A stretch of 32,000 bases of DNA from Candidatus Bipolaricaulia bacterium (GCA_046758705.1 JBHIAT010000005.1:18009-50008), one strand, 5' to 3'; counted from the first letter of the stretch, positions 1 to 9,022 are shown. The notes: a model not told the origin generated them from the letters alone. A program made the numbers and translations.

Positions 1-737
1 GTTTGATCGCCCTGGCGGACGAACTGAAGCGGGTGGGAGAGCTCCTGATTGTTGCGCCCGAAAGGGAGCGCAGCGGCAGCGGCCACGCCATCACCCATGA
101 CGCTCCGTTGCGGGTCAAAGAGGTGCGACTCAACCACGTACTCCTCGGCTACGCGACGACCGGAACGACCGTGGATGCGGTGAAACTGGGTCTGGAAGTG
201 CTCTCTAAAGCGAGGATCGACTGGATCGTCTCCGGGATCAATGCCGGGGGGAACATCGGCATCGATCTTTTCTACTCGGGCACCGTCTCCGGAGCGATCG
301 AGGGAACGATCAACGGCTATCCGGCCATGGCTTTCTCCCTCTACCGGGGGAACCAAGACAGACAGAACCTGCGTTTCCGGGGCGCCGCCCAGATCGCCCG
401 AGAGATCTTCGAAGCGGTGGTCGAACGGGGCCTCCCGCGCTGGACGTGTCTGAATGTGAACATCCCCAACCTGGAGCGCGATGCGATCGCGGGGATCGAG
501 ATCACCGAGCAGGCGCTCGGACATTACGCCGATGCCTTCGAGCTGCGCACAGATCCGCGCGGGTTTGACTACTATTGGATGAAGGGACAACGGGTCTCCC
601 CCAACAGCAAACAACGGGACGATGCCCAGGCCATCGAAGAGCGTAAGGTCACGATTACCCCGATCCAGATCGATCTCACTGACTTCGATCTGCTCGAACG
701 GATGCGACGATGGAATCTGAGACTTTCCGAGCGCTAG
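1..737 (+). CDS. surE: 5'/3'-nucleotidase SurE, 5' end outside window
   Basis: ORF 3..737. The motifs SGINAGGNIG and LFYSGTVSGAIEG are typical of SurE. The usual N-terminal ~20 aa are missing, so the gene begins left of the window. Confidence 0.85.
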   Translation, partial: LIALADELKRVGELLIVAPERERSGSGHAITHDAPLRVKEVRLNHVLLGYATTGTTVDAVKLGLEVLSKARIDWIVSGINAGGNIGIDLFYSGTVSGAIEGTINGYPAMAFSLYRGNQDRQNLRFRGAAQIAREIFEAVVERGLPRWTCLNVNIPNLERDAIAGIEITEQALGHYADAFELRTDPRGFDYYWMKGQRVSPNSKQRDDAQAIEERKVTITPIQIDLTDFDLLERMRRWNLRLSER

Positions 738-1516
738 CCGTCCGAGCGGCTCGCGAGGCCGGGACAATGCTTAAAGAGAACCTCGGCCGAGCCGTCAAGT
801 TCGAGCGCAAGAGCAGCGCAATCGATCTGGTGACCGAATTCGATCATCGGGCTGAGGAGTTCATCATCGAGACGATCCGTGACCACTATCCCGCCCACGG
901 GATCCTCACCGAGGAGCGCCCGCCGCAGCAAACCTCCGCTACCCACAAGTGGATCATCGATCCGTTAGATGGGACGATTAACTACTCCAAAGGGTACCCG
1001 CTGTTTGGCGTCTCGATTGCCTTGGAGGTAGACGGGAAGGTGATGCTCGGCGTCGTCTACATCCCGATGCTGGAGGAATGGTTCATCGCCGAGCGAGGCC
1101 AAGGAGTCACGCGCAACGGGAAACCGATCCGGGTCTCTGAGACGGATCAGCTGATCGACAGCCTGCTGGCGACCGGTTTTCCGTACAAGATGGAAGGGTT
1201 GCGCCGCAACCTCGCTTACTTCGCTAGCTTCGCGCAACGGGCCCGGGGGATCCGCCGAGACGGTGTCGCTGCGCTCGATCTCTGTTATGTGGCGATGGGT
1301 CGGTTCGACGGCTTCTGGGAGCCGGCCCTAAATCCCTGGGATGTCGCTGCCGGTGCACTCATCATCGAGGAGGCCGGTGGAACGCTCACCGGCTTCGACG
1401 GAGAGCCTCTCAGCATCTACGGTGATACGATCGTCGCCTCCAACGGGAAGATCCACGAAGTGATGATCGAGGTGATCCGGTCGACCCCGTCCCCTCAACG
1501 TTCAGAGGGTTCATAG
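710..1516 (+). CDS. inositol monophosphatase (IMPase/SuhB) family protein
   Basis: ORF 710..1516. It has the classic IMPase motifs EE(R)PP...WIIDPLDGTINY and WDVAAG. It overlaps the surE 3' end by 28 nt, an operon-like arrangement. Confidence 0.85.
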   Translation: MESETFRALAVRAAREAGTMLKENLGRAVKFERKSSAIDLVTEFDHRAEEFIIETIRDHYPAHGILTEERPPQQTSATHKWIIDPLDGTINYSKGYPLFGVSIALEVDGKVMLGVVYIPMLEEWFIAERGQGVTRNGKPIRVSETDQLIDSLLATGFPYKMEGLRRNLAYFASFAQRARGIRRDGVAALDLCYVAMGRFDGFWEPALNPWDVAAGALIIEEAGGTLTGFDGEPLSIYGDTIVASNGKIHEVMIEVIRSTPSPQRSEGS

Positions 1517-1998
1517 AGTCGAGGGGCAAGCTTAAGGTAGGGGTTCACCTCACGACCTTCGGCGAGCGGCCGGGCGAGTTGACGGTGCAGGATCTCGATC
1601 GCCGCCTGCTGGTTGGGCCAGATGAGTGTACTGCTTATCCTCTCTAGCGGCAGCCAGCGATGATCGTCGTGCTCGCCGCTGATGCGCACCTCGCTCTGTT
1701 CGTCAAGCTGTGCGGCGAAGCACGGGACCATGCGGATCTGATCGGTCCGCTCATCGTAGAAGAGTTCAACGTATTCAATCATCCAAAGCTCCACGGGCCG
1801 GACCCCGGTCTCCTCGACCGTCTCCCGCCAGGCGGCTTGGACGGCCGTCTCCCCCGGCTCAATCTTTCCGTGGACCGCCTGCCAGGTTCCCTCCAATTCA
1901 AGCCCCGGACTACGATGGAGAGCAAGATACTCCGGACCTTCGGAGGTGATCCGGAACGGATAGACGCTGACCGTATCTCGGTCGATCCCGGGCGGCAT
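1495..1998 (-). CDS. NUDIX hydrolase
   Basis: ORF 1495..1998. The Nudix box GKIEPGETAVQAAWRETVEETG fits GX5EX7REUXEEXGU. The gene is convergent with the IMPase gene. Confidence 0.85.
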   Translation of the reverse strand: MPPGIDRDTVSVYPFRITSEGPEYLALHRSPGLELEGTWQAVHGKIEPGETAVQAAWRETVEETGVRPVELWMIEYVELFYDERTDQIRMVPCFAAQLDEQSEVRISGEHDDHRWLPLERISSTLIWPNQQAAIEILHRQLARPLAEGREVNPYLKLAPRLYEPSER

Positions 1999-2130
1999 GG
2001 AACTCCCTTCGCTGATACTTTGAGCTAAATTTTAGCACTGTAGGTCGATCTCAGTCAACCACTCCCATTGTATTTTCCGACGACGGGCTGTTACAATAGA
2101 TTTTAAGGTCAAGCGAATCGAGGTGATACA

Positions 2131-3075
2131 ATGGGGGGGGTCAAATTCGGATTGCGGATCCCGGGCTTCTCGATCGACGGGAGCCGGGGTACCGTTTTTA
2201 CAGACCAAATTGTCAGCTTTCTGGGGAAACTTGAGGGAAAATTCGACTCGGCGTGGATCTGCGACCACTTTTTCCCGTGGGCGGCCTTTGAGGACCCCAC
2301 GACGGACGCGTTGGAATGTATGACGAGCCTGAGTTATCTGGCCGGACGATTTCAGGGGCTCGATTTCGGCAGCATCGTGCTGTGCAACTCCTACCGCAAT
2401 CCAGCACTGCTGGCGCAGATGGGGGCGTCGCTTCAGACACTCAGCGGCGGCCGGTTCATCCTGGGAATCGGAGCCGGCTGGAAGGAGGATGAGTACCAGG
2501 CCCATGGTTATGAATTTCCCCGGGCGGCGGTGCGGATCAAGCAACTAGAAGAGGGGGTAAACATCATCCGTCGCATGTGGACGGAGGACGATCCGAGCTT
2601 TTCGGGGGAACACTACCGGATCGAGAACGCCTACTGTCGGCCGCGGCCGGAGCCGGTTCCCCCGATCATGATCGGTGGTAGAGGGGAACAGCTGATGCTA
2701 CGAGTCGTGGCCAAGCATGCCGACTGGTGGAACTTGGCGGCCGGGACGGCCGAACAGTTCCGCCACAAGATGGACGTATTGAAAAGCCATTGCAATGAGG
2801 TGGGACGGAACTTCGATGAGATCGTGCTGACCTGGAGCACGGAAGCAGTGGCGATCGCCGAGACCGAGGCGGAGGCGGAGCGGTTGGCTCAGGGAAGTCC
2901 GTTCATCGACATCGGGAAAGGTGAGGGAATCATCGGGACACCCGAGCAGGTAACCGAGGCGTTCAAGCGATTTACCGATCTCGGCGTTGAACACTTCATC
3001 AGTCGGTTCGTCGACTTTCCCAAGACAAGGGGGGCGAAGCTGTTTGCCGAGCAGGTGATCCCGAACTTCCGATAA
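2131..3075 (+). CDS. luciferase-like (LLM class) flavin/F420-dependent oxidoreductase
   Basis: ORF 2131..3075. The N-terminus (KFGLRIPGF..), the ILGIGAGW motif and the length (314 aa) fit the LLM family. GAGGTGA lies 4 nt upstream of the ATG. Confidence 0.75.
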   Translation: MGGVKFGLRIPGFSIDGSRGTVFTDQIVSFLGKLEGKFDSAWICDHFFPWAAFEDPTTDALECMTSLSYLAGRFQGLDFGSIVLCNSYRNPALLAQMGASLQTLSGGRFILGIGAGWKEDEYQAHGYEFPRAAVRIKQLEEGVNIIRRMWTEDDPSFSGEHYRIENAYCRPRPEPVPPIMIGGRGEQLMLRVVAKHADWWNLAAGTAEQFRHKMDVLKSHCNEVGRNFDEIVLTWSTEAVAIAETEAEAERLAQGSPFIDIGKGEGIIGTPEQVTEAFKRFTDLGVEHFISRFVDFPKTRGAKLFAEQVIPNFR

Positions 3076-3163
3076 TCTTTGTCCAACTTGTCTTCTCCAA
3101 TATGAGTATGGAGGGAACCTGCTATAAGTCGCCTGGGACGGCTCCTAGGTGTTTCCACTGTCC

Positions 3164-3340
3164 CTACTCGTCGCGAATGACTGCACGCACTTTCTCGACG
3201 AGCTCTTCCGGAATCTCCTTCATGTCGTGCACTGTTTGAACATGTTCAGCGGCCTGCTTCAAAATCTCTTCCTCTGTTTCAGCACGAGCCACAAAGTCGC
3301 AGTCCATGCCAACGTCCCTACAGTGGAGTACTTTTGCCAT
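3164..3340 (-). CDS. DUF1059 family small protein
   Basis: The ORF track gives 3164..3400, but the internal ATG at 3340 (MAKVLHCRDVGMDCDF...) is preceded by AAGGAGGTG with a 5-nt spacer. The sequence pattern is typical of DUF1059. Confidence 0.7.
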   Translation of the reverse strand: MAKVLHCRDVGMDCDFVARAETEEEILKQAAEHVQTVHDMKEIPEELVEKVRAVIRDE

Positions 3341-3467
3341 TTTGCACCTCCTTTTGCCATCGATATGAACAGGATTGGCAGGTTCCCTCCACGATCTCAC
3401 TGTGAACTCTGTACCAGTATAGACTCTCCATAGGTGTGAAGGTCAAATAGTTTCCGGCCAGTCGCTT

Positions 3468-6400
3468 TTACACCTCTGGTCTTGGCAAATCCGCGCAGGT
3501 TTTGCGATACGGTTTATCCCCCATATACTGCTCCCACTCCGCGCGGGTCAGGTTGCGATTGGCTATGCCACAGGCATGAGCCTGCCATGACTCCAGGTCA
3601 ACGTCCCACAGGATGAGGGTATTGTCGGTACTAGCGGAAGCTAACGTTTTGCCGTCCGGGCTGAAAACTACGCTGTTCACCCAGTTAGTATGGCCGATGA
3701 GGGGTTGACCGAGGGGTTGGAGAGTTTCGACATCCCACAGGATGAGGGTATCGTCCCCACTGGCGGAGGTTAACATTTTACCGTCGGGGCTGAAGGTCAC
3801 GCTGTTCACCCAGTCGGTGTGACCGGTGAGGGGTTGACTGATAGGTTGGTGGGTTTCGAGGTCCCACAGGATGAGGGTGTGATCAGCACTGGCCGAAGCT
3901 AAGGTTTTGCCGTCGGGGCCGAAGGTCACGCTGTTCACCGCATCCGTGTGACCGGTGAGAGGCGAGTCGATGAGCTGCCGGGTTTCGACATCCCATAACC
4001 GAATCTCACCTTGGGTGCAGAATCCAAGTATGCTAATGCCGATTGTTTCGACTTTTCCACAACCGGCGGAGGCCAACGTTTTGCCGTCGGGGCTGAAGGC
4101 CACGCTGTTCACCGCATCCGTGTGGCCGGTGAAGGACGGATCGAGTGGCTGTCGGGTTTCGATATCCCACAGGATCAGGATACCGTCGCCACCGGCAGAG
4201 GCCAACGTTTTTCCATCAGGGCTGAAAGCCACACTGTTCACTGCACGAGTGTGACCGGTGCGGGGTTGACCGAGTGGCTGTCGGGTTTCGACATCCCACA
4301 GGATGATGGTGTTGTCCCGGCTGGTGGAGGCCAACATTTGGCCATCGGGGCTGAAAGCTACGCTGGTCGTCGCATCCGTGTGGCCGGTGAGGGGCAGGCC
4401 GAGCGACTGTCGGGTTTCGACATCCCACAACCGGATTTCACCTTGGATGCATCTTCTCGTTCTGCCGATGATGTTGAACCCTCCGCAACTGGCCGACGCT
4501 AACATTTTGCCATTGGGGCTGAAAGCCACGCTGGTCACATCGCTGATGTGTCCATGTAGGAAAGTGGTGAGGTGGGGTCTGTATTCCAGCCCGGTGAGCA
4601 GAATATTTCGAGCTTCAACGGTGTCGCTGGCTCGGACAGCTTCCACACTTAATAACAAGGCCAAGTCCAACTGCTGCTCATTTAATTGATTGCGGGCTTG
4701 CGCAGCCAATTGGCGGGAAAGCGCCACCCGGCGCTGTTCGTCAGCTCGCCGCCACTGGATGCCTGCCAGCAACGCCAGAGTTACAGTGATGATCAAACCG
4801 GCCGCCAATCCCAGTGTGACCCGCCGCCGCAGGCGCTCTCGGGCGGTACGATCCCGCTCCCGCAGTGTTAGGCTAACCTTGATGTATTCCTGCTCCGCCT
4901 GGCTCAGATGAGTCTCTCGTTCAGTCAGCCACCCCTCTGCCTCGACCAGCGACACGCCGCGCAGCAACGCGCCTTCGTCCCGACCGCTCGTCTCCCACTG
5001 GCGCAGTGCGGCCCGCAGCCGCTCCTGCCATGTGCGGAAGGCACGGTCGGCGTTCATCCACTCGCGCAAGCTTTTCCATTCCCTGATCAAGGTTTCGTGC
5101 ACGATCTCCACTGTTTTTTCCCCAGTTGCCTCGTCTCGCCCGGTGACAACCAAGCGAGCATCGGCCAGGCGCGTTACCAGGTCCCAGTTGTCTTCCCCCA
5201 CCTCAGCACGAGTTGCCAAGCGGCGGGTATCCTCTGTCCCTTCGCCAGGACGCACCAATTGGATGAAGACCCTCTGGGCCCGTTCCTGCTCCTCCTGGTT
5301 GAGCCTATCATACTCCTCCTCAGCATAGCCTGCCAGAGCCTTTTCCACACCGCCGATCTTTTTGTAGGTCGCATGAGTCAGTTTGCCGTCCCTCTGCCTC
5401 TCCCACAGCCGGGTCAGTGCGAACTCCAACAACGGCAGGTTGCCCGGTTCTTCACCGATAGCGTTCAGGATGTGATCGGTCAGTCCGTCATCAATCTTCA
5501 TACCAAGTTGATGGGCTGGTTTTTCAATCGCATCTTGTAGTTCCTGGCGAGTCATTGGACCGAGTTTCAGGTCGGCGTTCTGCAAAGCATCGGTGAAGGG
5601 ACGGTAGGAGAGGGCATGTCCGAAAAAGTCGGCGCGTAGGGTGAGCGTGAGCATGAGGATGGGTTCCCGCCGGTCACGCTGGACCTCGGCTGCCTCCAGC
5701 AACCCGTCCAGAAATCGTCGACGAATCTCCGGCTCCGGACACAGCGTGTAGAGTTCCTCGAACTGATCGGCAACCAGCAGCAAGCGGCTGGCGTCCGGGC
5801 TTTTCTGCAAAATCCGCTCCACGACCTCATGCATGCCGAGGTCCCTTTGGCTCAGAACCTCTGCCAATTTGCGGGTTTCGACCAGTCGGTCGGTCTCGCT
5901 CATCTCCGGCTCGAGTAGGGGCAGCAGGGTGGCCGCCAGCGCGTGGAATGGACGGCTGCCGGGGTGGAAGGAGGCGATGAGCCAACTTCCTTCGTGGTGC
6001 AGGCGGGGCAACAGCCCGGCGAAGACGACCGAGGATTTGCCGCTGCCGGAAGGCCCGATCACGGCAGCCAGAGGCTTTTTTTGCACAGCCTCCACCAGCC
6101 TCTCGGTAAACACCTCCCGCCCGAAGAAAAACGGCGCATCCTGTTCACGAAAGGCAAACAGGCCACGATAAGGACAGGGTGGGATAGTCCGTTTATCCAG
6201 CGTCGGCCAGGCGTCAACCAGCATGTCGGTCGGGATGATAAAGGCGGCTTTGACCTCTGGTCGTCCCTCGGCTGCCACGGCCATCCCGGCCACACCATCC
6301 AGTTGCTCGTCCCACACCGGCGCGCCGCTGAATCCCGGCTCCACACGATAGCCGGTCTCTTTTACGTCCTCGATCTGCACCCAGCCGGCGGTCTGGCGCC

Positions 6401-6812
6401 CGCGCATCAGGCCGGAGGTCCACACGCCATCGTCGTGCCCGGTTGGAAAACCGAACGTCCGGAAGGAGTGCTCCCACAAGTCATCCGCCTTCACCAGGCG
6501 CACGGGCTGGGCACCGACGGGCGGGTCGCCATCCAGTTCTAGCCCGGCGATGTCGCCCTCACTGTCCGACCGAGGTGGCTGCCAGAGGATGACTCGCGCG
6601 GTCAGGACGCGGCTCGGCTCGACCAGAAGAGGGAAGTCCAGACGCACCTCGGCCTGCAGCGTTTCGGATGTGTCGTTAGACAGGCCCAGCGCCTGAGAAA
6701 CCACGTGGGCACAGGTGAGCACCTGTCTCTCGGCAACCAGGAACCCGGTGCCGGCGATCGCTCCATTTGCGGCTAAGATGCGCACAATGGATGCTGTCAG
6801 TTGATCATTCAT
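3468..6812 (-). CDS. trypsin-like serine protease / STAND P-loop NTPase (nSTAND-like) / single TM helix / 7x WD40 protein
   Basis: 1114-aa intact ORF. N-terminal catalytic triad context: TCAHVV, DIAGLEL, GFSGAPVW. The linker motif CPYRGLFAFREQDAPFFFGRE is followed by Walker A GPSGSGKSS (nt 6036-6056). A hydrophobic helix VTLGLAAGLIITVTLALLAGI lies at nt 4758-4820. Seven WD40 units (FSPDG...LWD) follow. The ATG overlaps the upstream gene's stop by 8 nt. Confidence 0.9.
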   Translation of the reverse strand: MNDQLTASIVRILAANGAIAGTGFLVAERQVLTCAHVVSQALGLSNDTSETLQAEVRLDFPLLVEPSRVLTARVILWQPPRSDSEGDIAGLELDGDPPVGAQPVRLVKADDLWEHSFRTFGFPTGHDDGVWTSGLMRGRQTAGWVQIEDVKETGYRVEPGFSGAPVWDEQLDGVAGMAVAAEGRPEVKAAFIIPTDMLVDAWPTLDKRTIPPCPYRGLFAFREQDAPFFFGREVFTERLVEAVQKKPLAAVIGPSGSGKSSVVFAGLLPRLHHEGSWLIASFHPGSRPFHALAATLLPLLEPEMSETDRLVETRKLAEVLSQRDLGMHEVVERILQKSPDASRLLLVADQFEELYTLCPEPEIRRRFLDGLLEAAEVQRDRREPILMLTLTLRADFFGHALSYRPFTDALQNADLKLGPMTRQELQDAIEKPAHQLGMKIDDGLTDHILNAIGEEPGNLPLLEFALTRLWERQRDGKLTHATYKKIGGVEKALAGYAEEEYDRLNQEEQERAQRVFIQLVRPGEGTEDTRRLATRAEVGEDNWDLVTRLADARLVVTGRDEATGEKTVEIVHETLIREWKSLREWMNADRAFRTWQERLRAALRQWETSGRDEGALLRGVSLVEAEGWLTERETHLSQAEQEYIKVSLTLRERDRTARERLRRRVTLGLAAGLIITVTLALLAGIQWRRADEQRRVALSRQLAAQARNQLNEQQLDLALLLSVEAVRASDTVEARNILLTGLEYRPHLTTFLHGHISDVTSVAFSPNGKMLASASCGGFNIIGRTRRCIQGEIRLWDVETRQSLGLPLTGHTDATTSVAFSPDGQMLASTSRDNTIILWDVETRQPLGQPRTGHTRAVNSVAFSPDGKTLASAGGDGILILWDIETRQPLDPSFTGHTDAVNSVAFSPDGKTLASAGCGKVETIGISILGFCTQGEIRLWDVETRQLIDSPLTGHTDAVNSVTFGPDGKTLASASADHTLILWDLETHQPISQPLTGHTDWVNSVTFSPDGKMLTSASGDDTLILWDVETLQPLGQPLIGHTNWVNSVVFSPDGKTLASASTDNTLILWDVDLESWQAHACGIANRNLTRAEWEQYMGDKPYRKTCADLPRPEV
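3600..4550 (-). repeat. in-frame WD40 repeat array, 7 units (43 aa; two units carry Cys-flanked insertions)
   Basis: Units start H(T/I)xxVxSVxFSPDG and end (I/L)LWD. Boundaries were counted from the translation and checked against nucleotides (His codon at 4548-4550). Confidence 0.85.
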
Positions 6813-7134
6813 ACCGCTCTTTGCGCTTCCAGGTCAACGTCACATTGAAATTGGCCTCGGCGCCGGCCGATGCGATAAACGCGCCGAGATCTGCGCTCAA
6901 TTTGAGTCCGAACTCCACGTCGACCTCGTCGGGCGATTCGCTCAGGTCGCGCAGTTTAGCGATGATAGCGCTGGCTGCGGGCTTGATTCTTTCCAACGCA
7001 TCCTCGAAGGTCTGGCTGGCTTTAGCGGCGATCTCACCGGGGCGTGCCGCGCGCACCATGCCGCCTTCCGGCTCGTCCACTTCGACCACGATCGAGCCAC
7101 CACCGTCCAAGGGAAATTCAATCAGGTGTTTCAC
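6805..7134 (-). CDS. small trypsin-co-occurring (trypco-like / CU044_2847-like) protein
   Basis: 109-aa ORF with a GTG start at 7134 preceded by GGAGG (6-nt spacer). The pattern IEFPLDGGGSIVVEV...VEFGLKLSA...ANFNVTLTW matches my recollection of the small proteins encoded next to trypsin-STAND genes. It is translationally coupled to the downstream protease-STAND gene. Confidence 0.6.
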   Translation of the reverse strand: MKHLIEFPLDGGGSIVVEVDEPEGGMVRAARPGEIAAKASQTFEDALERIKPAASAIIAKLRDLSESPDEVDVEFGLKLSADLGAFIASAGAEANFNVTLTWKRKERYE

Positions 7135-7547
7135 GGCTGACCTCCGGCTTAAAGTATAAACCTTCTACAGATGTTTTGACAGGTACTTGTTGTCCCATCG
7201 ATCCCGGGATCCTTTTTCGGTTGTTATTCTCACGGTAACTCCTGAACTGGCTAATTCGTTTGTTGTGGTTCCAAGGATGGGTTAGGTTTGGTCTTCAAGA
7301 AGGATTCTTTCTGTTATAGGTTTGGTTTGGCTAGGAGGGTGTCTTGCAACTTATATTTGGCTGATAAGAAAGGCAATTGAATAGTTGTATAGCTTTCAGC
7401 TCTTGGTTTCCGTTTTCGTTGTGAAAGCGGAAACTTCTTGGCACAAAAGCCCTTCTCGAGTACCCTAAGATCAGGATGATTTCCGTGAAAAAAGACAAGT
7501 CGGAAAAATATCTACACGGGTCCGAAATCCCCCAGCGGGTCGCCTTT

Positions 7548-7803
7548 TCTATATCGAATGGTATAGACGGGCTCTCTACCGATCGGTCTATACTAAAAGA
7601 TAGAGAACAGTCCTCTACCGGTTGATAGACTTTCGGGAGCCCGAGTAACTTGAATCCTGTCCCTGGCTGAAAAACCGCTCTCTACAACTCCCTATAGAAC
7701 TGAAGTGAGGGCACGTTCTCAATCCCTTTACAGATGGGCGATAGAACGTGTTCTGAGAGGGCTTCTATTGGCTTTCAAGACCGCCAGCTACCTTCTAGAT
7801 AGG
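7548..7803. repeat. cluster of at least 8 (G/T)ATAGA(A/C) motifs in both orientations within an intergenic region
   Basis: ATAGA occurs on + at 7563, 7600, 7625, 7694 and 7741. TCTAT occurs at 7548, 7587 and 7764. There are three longer units of the form CTCTAC(C/A)-N-(T/G)ATAGA(C/A). About 0.5 copies of a pentamer are expected by chance in 256 bp. Confidence 0.45.
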
Positions 7804-7897
7804 CTGAAAATGGGCCTGAAATGCCCTGTCAGTAGGATTTGGATTGATTCTTTTGGTGTTCTTGGAGGGCACCGATGGGAGCCGATGGACGCAAAAC

Positions 7898-7906
7898 TAG
7901 ACATTA
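7898..7906 (+). repeat. TAGACATTA motif copy a (context CAAAACTAGACATTAT), upstream of the EamA gene
   Basis: Exact 9-mer shared with 8927-8935 and with the reverse complement of 9019-27. Confidence 0.6.
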
Positions 7907-7977
7907 TTACTCGTAAATATTGATCATGATGTAATTTGTACGGTAGCTAGGGTTCCTATTTTTCTGGAGGTACTGAC

Positions 7978-8892
7978 TTGATCCTGCTCAAAAACGTGCA
8001 CTTTCGTGCCGTCCTCCAAGCGCTATTTGTGACTTTCTTGTGGTCCACCTCGTGGGTGCTGATCAAGATCGGTCTGGAAGAGATTCCGGCATTGATCTTC
8101 GCCGGTTTGCGCTATAGCCTGGCCTTCATAATTCTGCTTCCCTTCTCACTTCGGGCTCACATGACCCAATCGGCACCCCGGCCAAAACTTTCTCGGCAGA
8201 GTTGGATGTCTCTGCTCTCGTTAGGCCTCCTGCTCTATGCCCTGACTCATGGAGCCCAATTCCTTGGGCTCAGTTACCTACCAGCCGTTACCGTCAGCCT
8301 GCTGTTGAACTTCACCCCGGTCCTGGTTGCCCTGATGGGCATTCTGCTGCTGTCCGAGCATCCCAGTCCGGTTCAATGGGGAGGTTTCGGACTCTATCTG
8401 ATGGGCATCGTTATCTTCTTTTTTCCTCTTGTGTTGCTTGAAGGTGAGATTTGGGGATTCATCGCCATGGCCGTCGGAATTCTGGCCAATGCGGGTTCTT
8501 CGGTCCTGGGCCGACACGTCAATCGAAGTGCTCAGATTTCTCCACTCCTTGTAACGACGATCAGCATGGGGATGGGTGCCTTTGTCCTGCTGATCGTTGG
8601 GATCTCAGCGCAGGGTCTGCCCCCCCTCAGCCTCACCAGCTGGGGGATCATCGCGTGGTTGGCGGTCGTGAACACCGCGTTTGCTTTCACGCTTTGGAAC
8701 TACACGCTACGAACTCTGTCGGCCATGGAATCCAGCATCATAAACAACACCATGCTCATCCAGATCGCTCTGCTCGCTTGGCTGTTTCTCGACGAGCGGC
8801 TAGGTTGGCAGAAGGTGATCGGCATGGTCATTGCCGGATTGGGCGTCCTGATCGTTCAACTGAAACGATCATCCCGAGTGAAAAGACGCTAG
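7978..8892 (+). CDS. EamA/DMT-superfamily transporter
   Basis: 304-aa ORF with about 10 hydrophobic segments and two EamA-like halves. It has a TTG start with GGAGG 8 nt upstream. Confidence 0.8.
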   Translation: MILLKNVHFRAVLQALFVTFLWSTSWVLIKIGLEEIPALIFAGLRYSLAFIILLPFSLRAHMTQSAPRPKLSRQSWMSLLSLGLLLYALTHGAQFLGLSYLPAVTVSLLLNFTPVLVALMGILLLSEHPSPVQWGGFGLYLMGIVIFFFPLVLLEGEIWGFIAMAVGILANAGSSVLGRHVNRSAQISPLLVTTISMGMGAFVLLIVGISAQGLPPLSLTSWGIIAWLAVVNTAFAFTLWNYTLRTLSAMESSIINNTMLIQIALLAWLFLDERLGWQKVIGMVIAGLGVLIVQLKRSSRVKRR

Positions 8893-8926
8893 TCTTAAGT
8901 TGAAAAGCCAGCCAGATCGTCAAAAG

Positions 8927-8935
8927 TAGACATTA
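8927..8935 (+). repeat. TAGACATTA motif copy b (context CAAAAGTAGACATTAC), downstream of the EamA gene
   Basis: Direct repeat of copy a (14 of 15 nt including the CAAAA flank). It is an inverted repeat of 9019-9027. Confidence 0.6.
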
Positions 8936-8993
8936 CAATAAAATTAGCAGCTCCTTTTACACTCTTGAAATCCAGATAGGTAGGAAATCGCTC

Positions 8994-9022
8994 TTGAGAA
9001 AATTAGACGTTATGGTTATAAT
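8994..9022 (+). promoter_or_regulatory. sigma70-like promoter TTGAGA-17 nt-TATAAT
   Basis: -35 at 8994-8999 and -10 at 9017-9022, 34 nt upstream of the ATG at 9056. Confidence 0.45.

Noticed and set aside
2032-2544. 170-aa minus-strand ORF overlapping the start of the LLM oxidoreductase gene
   Set aside because: It is antisense to a gene with a clear family signature and SD. Its peptide has no motifs and an Arg/Pro-rich composition typical of GC-rich antisense frames.
7705-7923. 72-aa ORF in the large intergenic region
   Set aside because: It has no SD and no similarity I recognise. It overlaps the ATAGA/TAGACATTA repeat boxes, which look like DNA-level signals rather than coding sequence.
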